In this document: positions 14,286-29,227 of the stretch, in pieces
Position numbering within the stretch: the first letter of the stretch is position 1
How the letters are laid out: each line of letters opens with the position of its first letter
Assembly: GCF_000400465.1 (NCBI RefSeq)
Contig: NW_008806281.1
Coordinates: forward strand, 20,001 to 268,000
DNA from: Wallemia ichthyophaga EXF-994
Taxonomy: Eukaryota > Fungi > Basidiomycota
Reading direction: 5' to 3'
Length of the DNA stretch: 248,000 nt
The notes under the pieces: model-generated
Seen by the model: only the letters and a program-made list of their open reading frames with translations
Told to the model about the DNA's origin: nothing
The model's database searches: none
Translations under genes and position numbers: made by a program

Positions 14286-15620
14286 ATGGCCAGCGACATT
14301 GAATTCGATGTTGAGTCGCTAAAGACCAGCCAAATTCCCACGAACCTGCTCGCGATGATGGCAGAGAATGCTCCGTCAGTCGTCGCAGCCAGAAATCCAA
14401 ACGTTTACGCAGGGAAAGGGAAACAAGCACGTAAATGGAAATGGGAATCATTCACGAATCCAGCGAGATCAGATGGACTACAGCTCCGTCACTGGAAGCG
14501 GCTAGATGAATTCGATGAGCCATACCCGTACGCTCGATTCAACACCACGTCCGAGCCATACAGCTACAGCGAGGATGAGTACGACAGAATGCTCCAAGAC
14601 GTAACTTGGTCGAGGGACGAGACGGACTACCTCGTCAAGCTCATACACGAATTCGACGTGAGATGGCCAGTTATCTGGGACCGCTATGAGTGGAGATCCG
14701 GTAGAACTCTCGAGGATCTCAAAGCGAGGTATTTCGACATCTGCCGCAAACTGATCCAGTCGAGAATTTCGAGCGACGAAAGCAGCACAAACCAGCTTCT
14801 CCAAGCTTATCAATTCGACAAAGGTGTGATTTGGTGTATATGTAGTCAGCTAAACCCCCACTAACACACCAAACCAGAGCGCGAAATGATGCGCAAACAA
14901 TACGTCAACTCGCTCTTCGCACGCACACCACAGCAGATCACCGAAGAGGAGGAGCTCTATATAGAAGCGAAGCGGATAGAGCAAGATGAGCGCAAGTGGC
15001 GATGCGAGCGCGACGAGCTAGTGCGCACGGTGTCTATGTCCCGCAACGAGAAGCGCAAGGCTAGTGGAGGAGCTGATATAGCCACATCCACACTCGCTCC
15101 TATGTCGACATCCAACGAAGAGCAACCACACAAACGCACAGCTAAGAGCGCTGCGTATGACGCTCAGCACTATATCACTCGCCCTTCGTCCCACCTCCCG
15201 CTCAAATCCAGCTCTAACATACCGCCCTTCAGTAGAGCTACCAAACTTGCACAGAAGATAACACCGCAGCGCATCAGAGAATGCCTTCAGAGTATGGGGT
15301 TGAGTGATAAGCTGCAGTACCCGACAGCTGCCAATGTCGCTAAATATGAAGGCGTCAAAGAGGCAACGGCGCAGTTGCAAGAAATACGCAGAGCGCATGA
15401 GAGAGTTGCAAATGAATTGCGCCTCGCTAAGGGCATCAGCGTGTCTGCAGACGAACGGGCAACTGCTTCAACACCCGTGGCCAGAGCGGCGTCAGAACAC
15501 CCTACTCCCACCTCCACGCCAAAACCCACAACACCCGCACCGGAGAACAGCATGGGTCTGAGCACAGACTCAAGTGATCCAAACGAGTCCAACGATCTCA
15601 ACAAAAGACGCAAATTGTAA
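14286..15620 (+). CDS. SWC4: SWR1/NuA4 subunit (DMAP1)
   Basis: WKWESFTNPARSDGLQLRHW; SANT-like WSRDETDYL..RWPVIWDRY. Confidence 0.93.
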
Positions 15621-15904
15621 TTGTAATTTATTGTACTCCATATGCATGACTATCTAGATCTGACGATTCTGATAAGGGCGGCTTCCCACTGATAGTGAAT
15701 TGAATAGGCAGTGACGCAACGCACACAAACGCAACAGATTCGGAGAAGATGGGATACTTTCTAGCAACAAAAGAAAGTTTAACAGCCATAGATATCACCT
15801 ATCAATGCTTAAAGATACTTTCGGTGAGAAATTGTCTCTCTTATCTCAGGCACACAACAGCGTTATCAAGATAGTGAGTGATAGAAGAGCCAACTTGAAT
15901 TGGT

Positions 15905-17700
15905 TTGATTGCCTTAACTAAACACAACGACCACATAATGCAAACGCTTTCATCGTGGCTCAGAGTTGAGCAGTCAATCACAAAGTCAAAAAGAGAGCGA
16001 TGGCTTAGCAACGCGGATCTAGAGCCTGTGAAGTTAGAAAACAGGACGTGGACAAGTATGTCTTTTGTCAACTTCTGGGTCTCAGACAGCATCAACATAA
16101 ATACTCTGATGTTGTGTCAAGCAAACGTTGCGCTTGGACAGACTTGGTGGCAGAGTCTAATTGCAGTTTTCATCGGATATGCCATTACGGCAGTTTTCGT
16201 CATTGCTAGCTCCCGGCCTGGTGCTACTTTTCACTTAACTTTTCCTGTCCTCATTAGACAGTCTTGGGGTATCTTTGGAAGCGTATGGCCCATAATTAAC
16301 AGGGTCGTAATCGCCATTTTGTGGTTCGCAGTCCAGACATACATCGGCGGTAATTGCATACGCGTGATGCTCAGATGCTGGGATCCAAATTGGACGACCT
16401 CTGCGGGGCTCCAAAAGCAGCTAGACACAAATCTCAAGGGTTTTGATATGGTCTGCTTTATCATCTTCTGGTCGCTAATGCTCATACCGACTTACTTCCC
16501 GATTCAAAAAATCAAGCACTTTTTCACGTTCAAGGCTATTGTCGCGCCGCTTGGACTGATTATTTTCTTCGGATGGTCTCTCGGTAGAGCCACTGCAACT
16601 CCATCCCAGGAAGCCACACTTAAAAGTGTCCTCACCAGCCCATCGACGCTCACCTCCTCTGAACAAGGCTGGGAAATGGTCAAAGCGATAGTCAGAGCCA
16701 TCTCCAATGCCGTCACTCTCATCCTCAATATTTCAGACTTGGCTAGTCGAGCTCACGACAAAAAGAATGTAGTCTTTCCGCAGCTCCTCACAGTCCCCCT
16801 CGGATTTTTCATTACGAGTTTCTTCGGAGTAATCATAGCTTCGTGCTATCAAGCCGAGACGGGGATCAAAGAGTGGGATCCTATGGTAATTCTTGACAAC
16901 TTCATCAATCCAGACAGCGCTGCTGTGCGATTCGCGGTGTGGTTTATAGCTTTCTGTCTATGTGTTGCGCAGATGGGCACCAACCAAGCGGCTAATGTTA
17001 TAGCATGCGGATGCGACCTTACCGCATGTCTGCCTTCATACATTAACAACAGAAAAGGCGGCTATATCTGCGTGTTCCTCGGTCTATGTCTCGTGCCTTG
17101 GAGGCTTACAGACGGCGCAACGAGCTTCACCAACTACTTGTCAGGATACTGCGTTTTCCTCTCTGCCATTGCTGGGACTATGCTTTCCGATTACTTTGTC
17201 GTCAGACGCGGACGTGCCAACGTTGCAGACCTGTACAGGGTGGGTTTGACATGTGCTGTCCGGATAATGCTGACTGGAAACAGGCTGAGGGATGGTACAG
17301 CTACACATACGGTGTTAACCTTCGCGCTGTAGCAGCTTACCTCTGCGGTGTCTCGATAAATTTACCAGGCTTTATTGCGTCCACTCCAGGTAACGAAGAA
17401 ATTGTAGGTCGAAGCGCAACACGCATCTATAACCTGTCCTTCTTCACTGGATTTCTAGTCAGCTCGGTGATATACATAGCCATCAGCTACATCTTCCCAC
17501 CTACAGGAGCAGTACCGTTCAATGCACCATTTGAAGAGATTGACTTCAGTGGGTATACGCACGACACTGATTCTATATACGACTTGGAAGTAAATGGTCT
17601 AGGTGGTATGGCGGATGGTGGTATTGCTATTACTACAACCAAGACAGATTCTTCGTCCATCCGTTCCACTCGATCAACCAGGTCAATCGAAAAAGCATAA
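15905..17700 (+). CDS. NCS1 allantoin/uracil permease
   Basis: WLSNADLEPV..RTW; 12-TM NCS1 pattern. Confidence 0.9.
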
Positions 17701-17802
17701 TGGAGCATTATCTTGTCAAATCATCGGACTTTCTCTTCTCAAAGGGTATTATTGTAATCCTACTCTTATATACTTGTAAAACACATTCATCAGTGTAAAT
17801 TT

Positions 17803-19902
17803 CTAAACCAGAGGTCCAACTTGCACGGAATGCCTGCGTTTCTTTTCTGAAATCTTGACCTCTTTCAAAGCCTGCTTCTGTTGTTTTTCAGCACGCTTCT
17901 TGTACCCATTCATCAACTTCGTTATCATATCCGCTGCTTCACCCTTCAGCAAGTCTGTATTGAAACCGCCTTTCAAGCGCTTCGTGAGAGCATCCAGCTG
18001 CGACTTAGTTGCCGGTGCCCTTCTCCACGGTGCGTCTCGACGTATAAGCGCTGCTTTCCCGCGCATCAGCTTCTCAGTCGCTAGCTTATCGCTCGCTCTA
18101 ATAGCCAGCTTGAAGTCGACGTCGTGCACCAGTGTGATTGGTCTTCTGAACGGCGCCAAACCTACTCTTTTGGCATCTTGGAGTGGTACATTTGTTGGCT
18201 TGTGCGACGCCGTGTACTTTCCCTCGCCTGTGTGCTCGATGCGCAAATCTCCCGCCTGCTGACAACTGAGGACATAAAAACCACCCCGGCAATCCACCCA
18301 GGCGTTTTGGGACTGATTGTACACATTATCCGAGTGCTTGTTTTTGAGCGACTCAAAAAGCGCACGCGGATCGTCGAAGTCGGTGAAAGTGATATAGTCC
18401 GCATGTGGTACTATGTTCTGCTCGTTCTCCTCCTTGAAGAGAGGATGTTCGGAGAGATCGTCTGCATTTCATGAGCTATGTTTGTGCACTAAATATCTCT
18501 ACTCACTTTTCACATCACCTTCGACTGCCTTAGAATCGACACGGTCAAACTCAGTCATATCCAGACCTTCAAGTGAAGGCGCAGCGCTTATATCACCGAC
18601 TTTGTCCAAAGATGCGGCCACATCGAGTATTTTACACTCTGTTTTACCTTGCGCGACTCTCATACCCCTACCTATCATCTGACTAAACAAATTTCTTGAG
18701 CGTGTCGGTCTACACAACAAAATGCAGTCAATGTTGGGTATATCTGCACCCTCAGTGAGAACAGCGCAATTGAGGAGAACTGGATATCTGTATTCTTTGA
18801 AGTCCCTCAAGATTTTCACCCGTTCTTTGGGAGGTGTACCGGAGTGTATGAAGCGAGCGTCTATTCCAGCGTCGCGAAAATCAGCAGTAAGGTTGTGGAC
18901 GTGTTTGAGATCAGCACAAAAAATCAACGTCGATCGACGGTCAGAGCACTTGTCGAGGTATGCAGCGAGCACTACTCTCCTCACAGAGGGAGTATTGAGT
19001 ATCGGTGATAGTGAAGTGACAGTGTAATCGTTTGTTCGCTCCGATATTTTGACTTGAGAGAGATCAATGTCTGTTTTGACGGTAGTGAAGGTGACATTCG
19101 ACAGCCAGCGCTCTTTAATCATATCTAGGAAGTCCTTGTGTATTTTTCAGCGTTATATACTCCAAAAGAAAAAAAAGACACTGACCTTATGAAACACAAT
19201 CTCTTCAAATACCTTGCCAAGTGCAAGACTGTCATGTCTAGAGAATGTAGCGGAAAATCCAACAATTGGAACCTTAGATCCAGTAACCGAATCCTGCTCA
19301 CCGTGTATACTTGGATCGAAATGTGCGAGTATATCAACATACGAGCGTGCAGCTGCGTGGTGAGCCTCGTCAACGAGTAGCAACTTGAAATCCGCTGGGT
19401 CATACTTGGACATTCTCCCTGGTCTGATGAGCGTCTGGAATGTAGCAATGGTGACGTCAGCATCGCCCGTCGCAACGCTGGCACTTTGGTCCATTTCGAC
19501 GCTTGCAGAAGGCCAGCCTGAAACGAACGCGTCGTAGGCCTGACTGGCCAATTCGATGCCGTTGACGATGACGAGCACCTTGCCGGGCTTACTCTCACTC
19601 AGTCTTCTCGCCAGCTCGACAAACATTCTAGTCTTGCCTGATCCAGTGGGAGAGGATACGCCTAGCCTGCTTTTGGGATGCTTTGGCCTGTTTAGCGCGT
19701 CCATTACAGATGCAATGGCTGCTTCTTGATACGGGCGCAGTGTGAATTTCTCAGGAATTACGCTAGCGCTGAGTGAGCGTGTGTGTATTTTACAGGGCAA
19801 AGACAATTTCAATGCCATTCTAAGTGCTTGCGGGTATCGCATCTCAAATGGTATGTTGGGTGTGTTGAAATAAGCAGTCTCAAGCATTAGAAAGCACTTC
19901 AA
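17803..19902 (-). CDS. IRC3: Mitochondrial DEAH-box helicase
   Basis: LRPYQE, SPTGSGKT, DEAHH, QMIGRGMR. Confidence 0.85.
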
Positions 19903-19948
19903 AGCATATAAAGAAGATTCTATCTATTTGACATTCAAGTACACTGCT

Positions 19949-22900
19949 TTACTCGCTTGCACTGCCGTCGCTATCCTCAACATCCTCAACATCCAGCGTT
20001 CTCCTCTCAACATCAAAACCCTCCTTTCTCAAGCTCTCCTCCATTCCTTCCACCTTGGATGGCCCAGAAACGATCACAGCGCTGCTAGTGTCGGCGTTGA
20101 ACAGAGGAGCGATGTACCTTCTCAGCACATCCATCACGTCCTCCTTCTTTACTTCCCTGAATTTAGCCAGAAGCTGCTTATTATAATCCTGCGGTACCTG
20201 CTTGAAGATCTGGTTCACGAAGCTGGACAGAGCAGCAGAGCCGATAGTTGCTTCACGCGAAGTCATCGAGAAGCACAGTGAACTTATCGACGACTCAAGC
20301 GTTGTGTCCTCGAGTGTGATACTGCCGTCAACTAACCCCTTAACTACTTTTCCACCCTCTTCATACGCCCTGAACGCATTTGGTGCTTTGTACACAGTGA
20401 ACATCATCAATCCAGATTCTGGGTTTTGCGTTATGGATGCACCATACGCCAACCCTGTTCCTCTAATATAGCGCCAGAGGTATGACTCGAGTGCATTGAG
20501 CGTACCCAATGTGACCATTAATGCTGGAATGTCTGGATGATCATATCCTTCAACACCTTTGGCGGTGTGCACAGAGAATGACGATTCAATCGATGGTAGT
20601 GGGACAACGACTGCCTTCTTTGATGGGTTTTGACCAAGTGGCAACTTAAAGTCCTTCACCCAAGGCACGGATGCGAGTGGCTTGTTGTTCTCCTCTGGGA
20701 AGTACTTGGCCCATGGCTCCTGTGGACGCTCAAGACCCATTACATTTCCAGCAACACTGACGCGTATTCCGTTTGGCTGAACAACACACCTTCTAAATTC
20801 TTCAAGATCGCTAATGACACCCTTTGGATCATCTTCAAGTCTCTTTATGACAGTTGGGTTGAACTCTGACTGCTCGAGAACAGCATTGGCTTGTTGAAGA
20901 CTGTCAAACATGAGTGACGTCGACATTGCCCACACGACAGTATCACCTTCTCTCTTCTGCTCTGGCAGGCCTTGTTGGATCTTAGCAGCAGTTACCTTCA
21001 GTCTCTCGACATCGAATACGCTACCTGTAAGCAAGTCGCTCAACCACTCAATGGAAGCTTCGTAATATTGCTTTTCAACCTTGACAGACACTTGTAATAG
21101 CTCTGCAAATGTCCCTCTCGAACCAAAGTTAATGTCGTGTTCAAGAGTTGTCTCGTCAAGTGAGCGAACAACAGCCTCGTGCGAGAGCATTGTACCGTCG
21201 CGACGCTTGACTGGTAATGAGAAGAAGGTAGAGAGGAATAGCGACGCGTATGGTCTCAGATGCTTTGGAAGTTCGTTGGTTGAGAGGTAAATGCGAATTG
21301 ATGTAAATGATGATTTTCCATGGTCGTATTGGACAAAAATTGGTGGCTTGCTTGGATCAGACTCAATATGCTTACGGAGCTCATTGTTAGTAGGTGAGGT
21401 GATTGATGCCTTTTTGTACTCTTGACGAGCACTCTCTATTGGGATCCAGGAGATTGAGTCTGTCGATGGTACTTCGAATGACTTGATCATGTCTATAGCA
21501 TCTGTTAGCTAAATAATTGGAATTTAAAACCTCTTCACAAACCATCTGGAATTTCTTTATTGTTTTCCACTTGAGCATCATCAAATACCTTCTTGGCCTT
21601 CTTGATACCCTCTTCACCCAAAGACCTGCGCTGTTCATCCAAACGCTTCTGCTCATTCTCTTCAAGTGTCTTTGCGAGCGTGGCTGATGGCTTTCCTTTG
21701 ACATTGATGAATGGTGCATCGATAAAGCTCCTGCGAGTATGTTAAATTAAAAACTTCCTCGTTAGCACTTCAATACCCACTTCTTTAAAAGCTGTGCCCA
21801 ATCGTCAGACGTCCATTGACTTAAAATGTCACATCTCTTCATCTCAGCCAGCGAGTCTTGAAGATCCTTGCCTTCAGCGTCACCGTAGAGATGATCGGCG
21901 ATGAACATATAGGCGAATGCACTTGCAGCTTGTCTCTCAGCCATGTCAAGCAATTTGACGCGGTCTCTCTTGAGAACGAGAGCCATCCTGTCCATATCGA
22001 AACCTTCCTTTACAATGTTGTTAAGAATTTCCATAAGCTTGCCTTCAACGTTGTCAATTTCAGTAGTCGGTACAGAGGCCAAGTTGAAATGTATAGTGTC
22101 GTTGCAAACACGCTCGCGGTTGTATATGTTGATATCTGTGCAGTAAGGGGAAGCAATCTCAACAAGGTGCTTTTGCAATGGTGAAATAGCAGAGTCAGTT
22201 AAATAAGTGCCGAGAATATCGAGTGCCTTAGTGTGCAAGAAGTCGTTAGTCTTCCCACCGACCCACGACAACTCAACTTCACCAACACTTTCATCCTGCT
22301 CTGGGAATTCAGCGACTGCTCTTTCAGTCTTTTGCAACTTGAGGGGTTCTGCTGAAGGAGTTTCGACGAATGGTCTCTTCCAGCCACGTGGCTTGACACC
22401 AATCTCAATACCTCTCTCCTTAGCATCAGAGATGATACGTGGTTCAATTACATTTTGCATAACATCCAAAAGCTTATCGGTTGGAATATCCCCGGTAACC
22501 ACGAGTGAGAGATTATGAGGAGCGTAGTATTTTTTGTGGAAATCGCGCACTTTGTCTGCAGTAAGCACACGAAGAGCCTCCATTCTACCGCCAGTTTCAG
22601 AGCGATAAGCGCTGTTCTTTGGGTAGATGAGACCACGCTGCTTGTCCTCCATCAAATCGAATGGGGAGGTTGATCTACCCTGCATTTCAGAATAGACGAC
22701 GCCAGCATCGTCACCAGACTCGTTTATGTGGTGAATTTCGGTCGTGTAGCCGGCATCAGTGATAGTTGGTCTGAGCAAGTGGTCCATGTAGACGGGGAGC
22801 ATCCTCAAGAAGCCCTCGTATCCAGCGGTTTGGAGAGTGTAAACGGTTTGATCCGTATCAGTCCATGCATTTGTACCTGCTGCAAATGCTCTATTGGCGA

Positions 22901-23216
22901 GAGTGTCGAGAACGCCCTTATACGGGTAGAGTTTAGATCCAAGGAAGACGAGGTGCTCTAAGGTATGTGGACAGCCGCTGTCGTCGAATATTTCAGTGGG
23001 GACGACAAAGTTGGCCTCGCACATTGGGCTCTCGTGCTTGACTTGAGCTACGCTAAGCCCAGTGACTCTGCTCCTCCAGCGCTCAAGATGTACTGGTGCG
23101 TAATCGACACGCTGGCTAAATACTTTATCGTAATTTCCATAAGATTGTGACATTGTAGATGCTGTCCTTGTATTCGTAATTAAGCTTCTAAGTGGATTCC
23201 CTAATCGACGAAGCAT
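19949..23216 (-). CDS. M16 zinc metallopeptidase (insulinase family)
   Basis: GCPHTLEHLVFLGS (HxxEH); GVVYSEMQG. Confidence 0.9.
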
Positions 23217-23388
23217 AAACGTCGTCGTCGTTACGGAGCAAGAGGCGATTTGGCAGTGTATACAGGAAGTTTACGTTACATATACGCGAAATGGATTTAG
23301 CCAGCTAAATATCTTGTTGTATTCTGTGGCGTGGCGTAGCGTGACGATAAGATTCTAACCACTCAGCTACCTCAGATTAGCAGCTTCC

Positions 23389-23979
23389 GTGCGAGCTTTA
23401 GCTATAAGCCAGATAGCATCTAGATCGCGCTGCAGTTCCGTATTCCAGCGTTCGGTTCCAAATTCCTGCGTGCCGTTTGTGAGAGTCAGCAAGTGCTCGA
23501 TTTCTGGGACAATCTCAGCGCGAGTGCGGCCATTTACGAAAGTGATGAATCTAAGCTTGGGGAACTTGTTCTCGTATGCGTTGTTGAGTGTGTTCAGTCT
23601 GGAAATCGGGAGATAGCCACTTCAGTCGCGAAAATGGATAAACACACTAAACACACCTTTGTAGAACATTCTCAGGCGTCTTCTGAGCCGCTTGCTCTGC
23701 AGCGCTTAGCGAACTCAGCCCGGAGACTTGTCCGATGCGGGGATGTGAATTGACGAATAGCGCCTTTTCAGCGGAATTCCATGTGTTTACGATATTACTG
23801 GCCGCATCTAAGCATTCTAAGTAGCTGCTGCTGCCTGATTTTATATACTCGCTGAGCTGCGGTACCAGCATCGATCTAAGCGGTGGAGATGGCTCAAGCA
23901 CCACTGACAAGAATACAAGAATATGCTCCTGCCTGCTACGCTCAGTCATATTCACTAACTCACTAAAATCAATCATCAT
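23389..23979 (-). CDS. OHCU decarboxylase-like protein
   Basis: HPRIG..LSSLSAAEQ; YENKFPKLRFITFVNGR. Confidence 0.75.
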
Positions 23980-24130
23980 CGTCGATAAGATGCTATGTCC
24001 GGGAATTGAGATAAGCAGGGCTATACGAGCTGTTATCGGCCATGAATCAAGTCCACCGCAGCGGCAATCATTTCAACGGCCAAATCAATCTCTCTTTCTC
24101 TACCACCACCGCCACCACCGCCACCACCAC

Positions 24131-25794
24131 ATGCTTCGCAGCTTACAGCATATCAGACGCTCGAGCAGGCTGGGCTTGCAACTGCGCTCATACGCCAGCA
24201 CTCCAGATCGCAGCACGCACTTTGCTAAGCTCACTCAAGACGATATCCCTTCACTCGCGTCCATCTTCTCTTCACCACACACTTCACTCCTCACAACGCT
24301 CGGCGATAACCCAACAGCGACAAAGGATGATCTCGAGCCATTTAACGTTGATTGGATGGGCAAATACAGAGGCCACTCGTCCATTATCGCGAAGCCAAAG
24401 ACGACGGAGGAAGTGAGCAAGCTTTTGCAGTGGTGCAATCAGCACAACGTTGCTGTAGTTCCACAAGGCGGAAATACTGGCTTGGTTGGTGCGTAAATGA
24501 AATTTCAATCCACACTCGCTCACTTCCCACCAGGTGGTTCAGTCCCTCTGCATGACGAGGTCGTCTTATCACTCTCCTCAATGAACAGCGTCAGGCACTT
24601 TGACTCTCTCTCCGGCTATGTCTCGGTCGATTCTGGCATCGTCCTCGAGAACTTGGATAACTTCCTCGCACAAAAAGGTCACGTCGTTCCACTCGATTTG
24701 GGTGCAAAAGGCTCTTGCCAAATTGGTGGAAACGTTGCCACAAATGCTGGTGGTCTGCGCATGTTGAGATACGGCAGCTTGCACGGAAACGTCCTCGGTC
24801 TCGAGGTTGTTCTCCCAGACGGCAGAATCATTAACGGTATGAAGGGCCTCAAGAAGGATAACACAGGTATTGACCTCAAGCAGCTCTTTATCGGCTCTGA
24901 AGGTGTCCTCGGTGTCGTCACCGGTGTCACTCTTGCCACTCCTGTCAGACCTTCTGCCACAAACGTCGCTGTCTTTGCTTTGCCCGATTACGAATCCGTC
25001 CAGACCGCTTTCTCCTCCGCTAGACGCGATCTTGGTGAGATCCTCTCCGCCTTCGAATTCTTCGATGCTGCCTCGTACAAACTCGTTCGCACCCACGGCC
25101 ATGCTGCCGAACGTAAGACTTTCGAAGACGGTGAAGATGCTCCATTTTTCTGCTTGGTGGAGACCTCTGGCTCAAACAAAGATCACGACGACGAGGTTAG
25201 TCTTGCAAATGATTTTTTCTACTCTAACCAATACACTTTAAGAAACTCGGAGCTTTCTTAGAACAACTTATGGAGTCTGGTATAGTCAATGACGGTGTGC
25301 TCGCACAAGACGAAACTCAGATCGCTCAATTGTGGACCTTGCGTGAAGGTATCCCTGAAGCTGCTGGAAAGGCTGGTCGTGTATATAAATACGACTTGAG
25401 TTTACCAGTCGAGAAAATGTACTCTCTAGTTCCTGAACTTCGCCAGAAACTCGCTGAGCAGGGTCTCCTTGCAGCTGAATCAGAAGGCGGTAATGGAAAT
25501 GGTCCAGTCAAGACAGTCTTTGGTTTCGGTCACTTAGGTGATGGAAATCTCCACATCAACATCGTTGCAGATGCGTACAGATCGGAAGTTGAAAAAGTCG
25601 TCGAGCCTTACATCTACGAATTGGTCGCTAATTACAACGGGTCAATCTCGGCTGAGCACGGCCTTGGATTGATGAAAGCACCTTATGTCTCATACAGTCA
25701 AGACGCTCCCTCACTCGATCTGATGCGCACACTCAAGAAGACACTCGATCCAAAAGGTATCCTCAACCCATACAAGTGTGTCACAGTCGAGTGA
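24131..25794 (+). CDS. DLD2: D-2-hydroxyglutarate / D-lactate dehydrogenase, mitochondrial
   Basis: PQGGNTGLVG, LGAKGSCQIGGN, SISAEHGLG. Confidence 0.92.
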
Positions 25795-25894
25795 ACTATA
25801 TATATAGATTTTATTTTTGTATGTGATTTGATTTTGTTTGTTTAGAAAATAATACAATGCTCGAAATGAGCAAAAAAAAACTAATAAAATCTAA

Positions 25895-28800
25895 TTACCA
25901 TTCAATCTCTTGCTTCAAGAATACATTCTCATTTGTGTTGGAAGTGGCGCCTTTGTCCCTGCTAGCTACTGTCTCCATTTGCGTCTTGTAATCTTGGAGC
26001 CTAGTATTTGCCTCGTTGCTCCGTCTCACCATTTCTATTCTAAGATCATCGTACTTGCGAACAAATTGCTTCCTCAACGCGTCGAATTGGGTAGATTGCG
26101 ATGTTGACATTTGCTCTATCTCAGCCTTGAGTGCGTTGTACTTGTCGTTACTTGCACTGTCAATGCCTGACATCTCGTGTGATTTTTTCTGTGGTTCACC
26201 TATTCTACTCAAGTGGGTCTTGAGATTTTCTATATCTTTCACTATTCCTTTTTCGGTCCATGCGTGTTGGTCAACAATCTGCTTGAGACCGGCAAACTTT
26301 GTTTCCAATTCTCTATTCGAGTTTCTCAGACTAGATTTTACAGTTTCTTCGAAATTCCGTATAAAGTCATTATGGCGGTGTAGGCGAACATGAATACTGT
26401 CGACAGCTTCTTTTTGCTTCCAGCTATCTTTTTTGGAATTATCTTCGACTTCTTTCAGCCTCGCTTCAAATCTTTGTTTATCTTTTACTTTTTCTGCCGT
26501 CTCGCGTGTCTCTCTAGCTTTATGAACCTCAGATGCGTCTTCTTTCTCCTTCTCTAACTTATTCTCAAAGCGCTTAACTTCTTGAAGGATGCCCTCTATA
26601 CCTTGCGTTGGCTGTGTATTCGAAGAATTTCTTGCCTGAGCTATACCTTCGTTGACCTTATTTTCGAACTCTACAAAACGAAGCGTAGATGATGTCAGGT
26701 AGCTGTCCACCTTGATAGACAGCAGCTGAGTTTCTTTCTTCGATTCCATAGTATCATGTCGATATTCTTCTATGCTCTTCTGTAGGTCCTTTTCTAAAGC
26801 TTTCTCCTTGCTGATTTTCTCCTCGTTGCTCTTGAGAGCCTCAATACTTTTAGTAAGCTCGGCGTAATGATTCTTTGCTAACAGTTGCTCTTCATTTACT
26901 CGCTGTAAAGCAGCCTCTCCCGAAGTAGAAATTTTTGACTCCAATTCTATCATTTTCGCTTCACGTTGAGCATCTTTTCGCTTGAGATCCAAGATGGTCT
27001 GTTGAAGCTCTTCATTGCGGGTAGTAGATTTCGTGAGCATGTTCATCATGTCAACTTGCGCACTGAAAAGTTTCATCATTTCAACTTGATTGACGCCAGG
27101 TGATTCCATCCTTTCTTTGCTCTGAGGCTGAGATGCTCTGTCATGCCCCTGATCAGTACCATTTTGCCCCGGCTTAGGAGGCTATGGAGCTGTTAGTTAA
27201 AAGAATAGATATGCGCACGCTCACCAAATCAAATCTTTCACTGTTATTGACGCCTTTATTCTTGTCGTCTGCTTCCTCCTTTGACGCCTGTTTCTTTATA
27301 TTGTCTCCCTCATTAGCGGATCGATCGATAGTGACAGAGGAAGCTTCATGGCGAGGTTTGTTAGAAAGAACTTCTGCGCGCATTTGCTTTCCATTAGCAT
27401 CATTGCCATGCTGTCGCTTAAGGCGCTTGATGTGATCGTCTCTCTCTCTACCTACATTCTCTTCAGCGACCTTTGCTTTCAGATCGTCTGTCTGCTTCTT
27501 TGCTAACTCCGATTCCATAGCTTTAGCCTTCCTGGCGGCTTCGGCTTTCTTGGTCTCGATGACTTGCTGAGCTGCTTCCTGTCTCTCGATTTCCTCCTGC
27601 TTTTTCATTTCTTCATCTCTCCTAGCCTGTCGTACTTCGTCCTTCTGCTTGACTTGCTGTTCAAATCGGAAGTCTTCTTGTCTCTTGGCTTCTTCCTTTC
27701 TCTTAGCCTCCTCTTTCCGTTTAGCTTCTTCTTTTCTCTCAGCTGCTACAGTCTCTTCCTTTCTCTTAAGTGCTACCGCTTCCTCATTTACTTTAGCTGC
27801 TGCTTCTTGTCTGCTGGTGAATTCTTGTTGTCTACTTTCTACCTCTTGATTTAACTGATCCAGAGCTGTCTGATGTTTTGCTTTACCTGACTTCTTGTCG
27901 GCACTATGTTTTTCATTTCGTATCGCTATTTTACTATTAGTGTCTTCAACTTTCCTGGCAATGCTGCGTCTTGCTTCATCATCCTCTCCCTCCGTAACAG
28001 CACTTGGTCGCTTCTTGGAAAATGAAGGAAGGGGTTGAGATTTTCGACGATCGTGTTGAGGGGTGTGTTTTGTATTTTCAGGTGCAGCAACTGAGGAATG
28101 CTTCAGAGGCTCGCTTCTACGCGTATGTTGTTTCTTCTTATTGGCAGGTAGTGAGCTCTTATCGCCATTAGATTCCTCAGACTCAGAGTCCTCGATCCTC
28201 GATCGTTTGAAAGGTTTCTGTGAATGAGCTCGACTTGAAGAGTGGTGGTGACTTGGTCGCGTGGTATGCTCGACTATTTGTACATCGTCTGAATCTGAAC
28301 CAGAGCTTTGAAGGAGGTTGGCTGTGTTTTGCTTGTCAGAATATCCACTTTAAATATGCACGCATACACTTACATTCCTTGCCTCGTGTGAGATTGTTAG
28401 TTACCTCCTCCTCGGAATTGCTTTCAGCAGCACCCTGGATTTGCGCAGGCTGCGATATTCTCTTTGCATTCTCCACATACTGCTGAATCATTTTGCTCTT
28501 TGATGTTTTACCCTTGTTTGAGCTGGAGCTATTGGAGGGTGATTTGGACTTTTTGGTAGATTTAGGGGGCTTCTTATCGATTTGGGAAGGCTTATTGGAA
28601 TTGGGTGTGGATGTGGAACCGGTTCCAGGCTCAGCCAAGTCGTCCTCGTCTGAACTTGAGTCAAGGACTATCGATTGACGTCTTTTAAGTGTATGCATAG
28701 GCGTAGGTGATGCTTTTGTACCAAATCCCGCTATTACATTTGATTGCTTTTGCTTTCCTTGCTTCTCGCTTGATTTGGAAACATTCTGATTGCTATCACC

Positions 28801-29139
28801 AGTCGATTTCAAAGACGAGCTGCTCTTTCGTCTATCACAAGACGCTTCCTTGATTTCTAATTTATTACCGGATTGAAGTGATCCTGGATCTACAGTTTTC
28901 CGTCTGGGTTGCATTGGTAGATTGTGACCTCTAGGTGGTTGATGAAGATGAGTTTCAGGGATTTGGAGTCGGGAAGCAGAGTGTGAATGGATTTGCACAC
29001 AAAAAGAGCTAGCTGACAAACCCTGTACATCTCTCGCAGTCTTTGATTCATTCACAGGGTATCCCTCTGACGCAACCTTGACGTACAGGAAAATCTCAGA
29101 TAAGGCAGGAAGATGATAAGTGCTCATCTCTGCATACAC
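25895..29139 (-). CDS. Large coiled-coil hypothetical protein (spliced)
   Basis: Three ORFs joined by introns; frame 27600-28320 checked open by hand. Confidence 0.6.
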
Positions 29140-29227
29140 AAAGAAAAAAAAAACCTAGAAAACCTATGCATAAATATGGATAAATAAAATGTTCAAAATA
29201 TTCTAGGTTGGAGAGTGCAAAAATATT

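Noticed and set aside
15905-23979. Purine catabolism cluster (NCS1 permease plus OHCU decarboxylase)
   Set aside because: Separated by an unrelated helicase and peptidase; no other pathway genes
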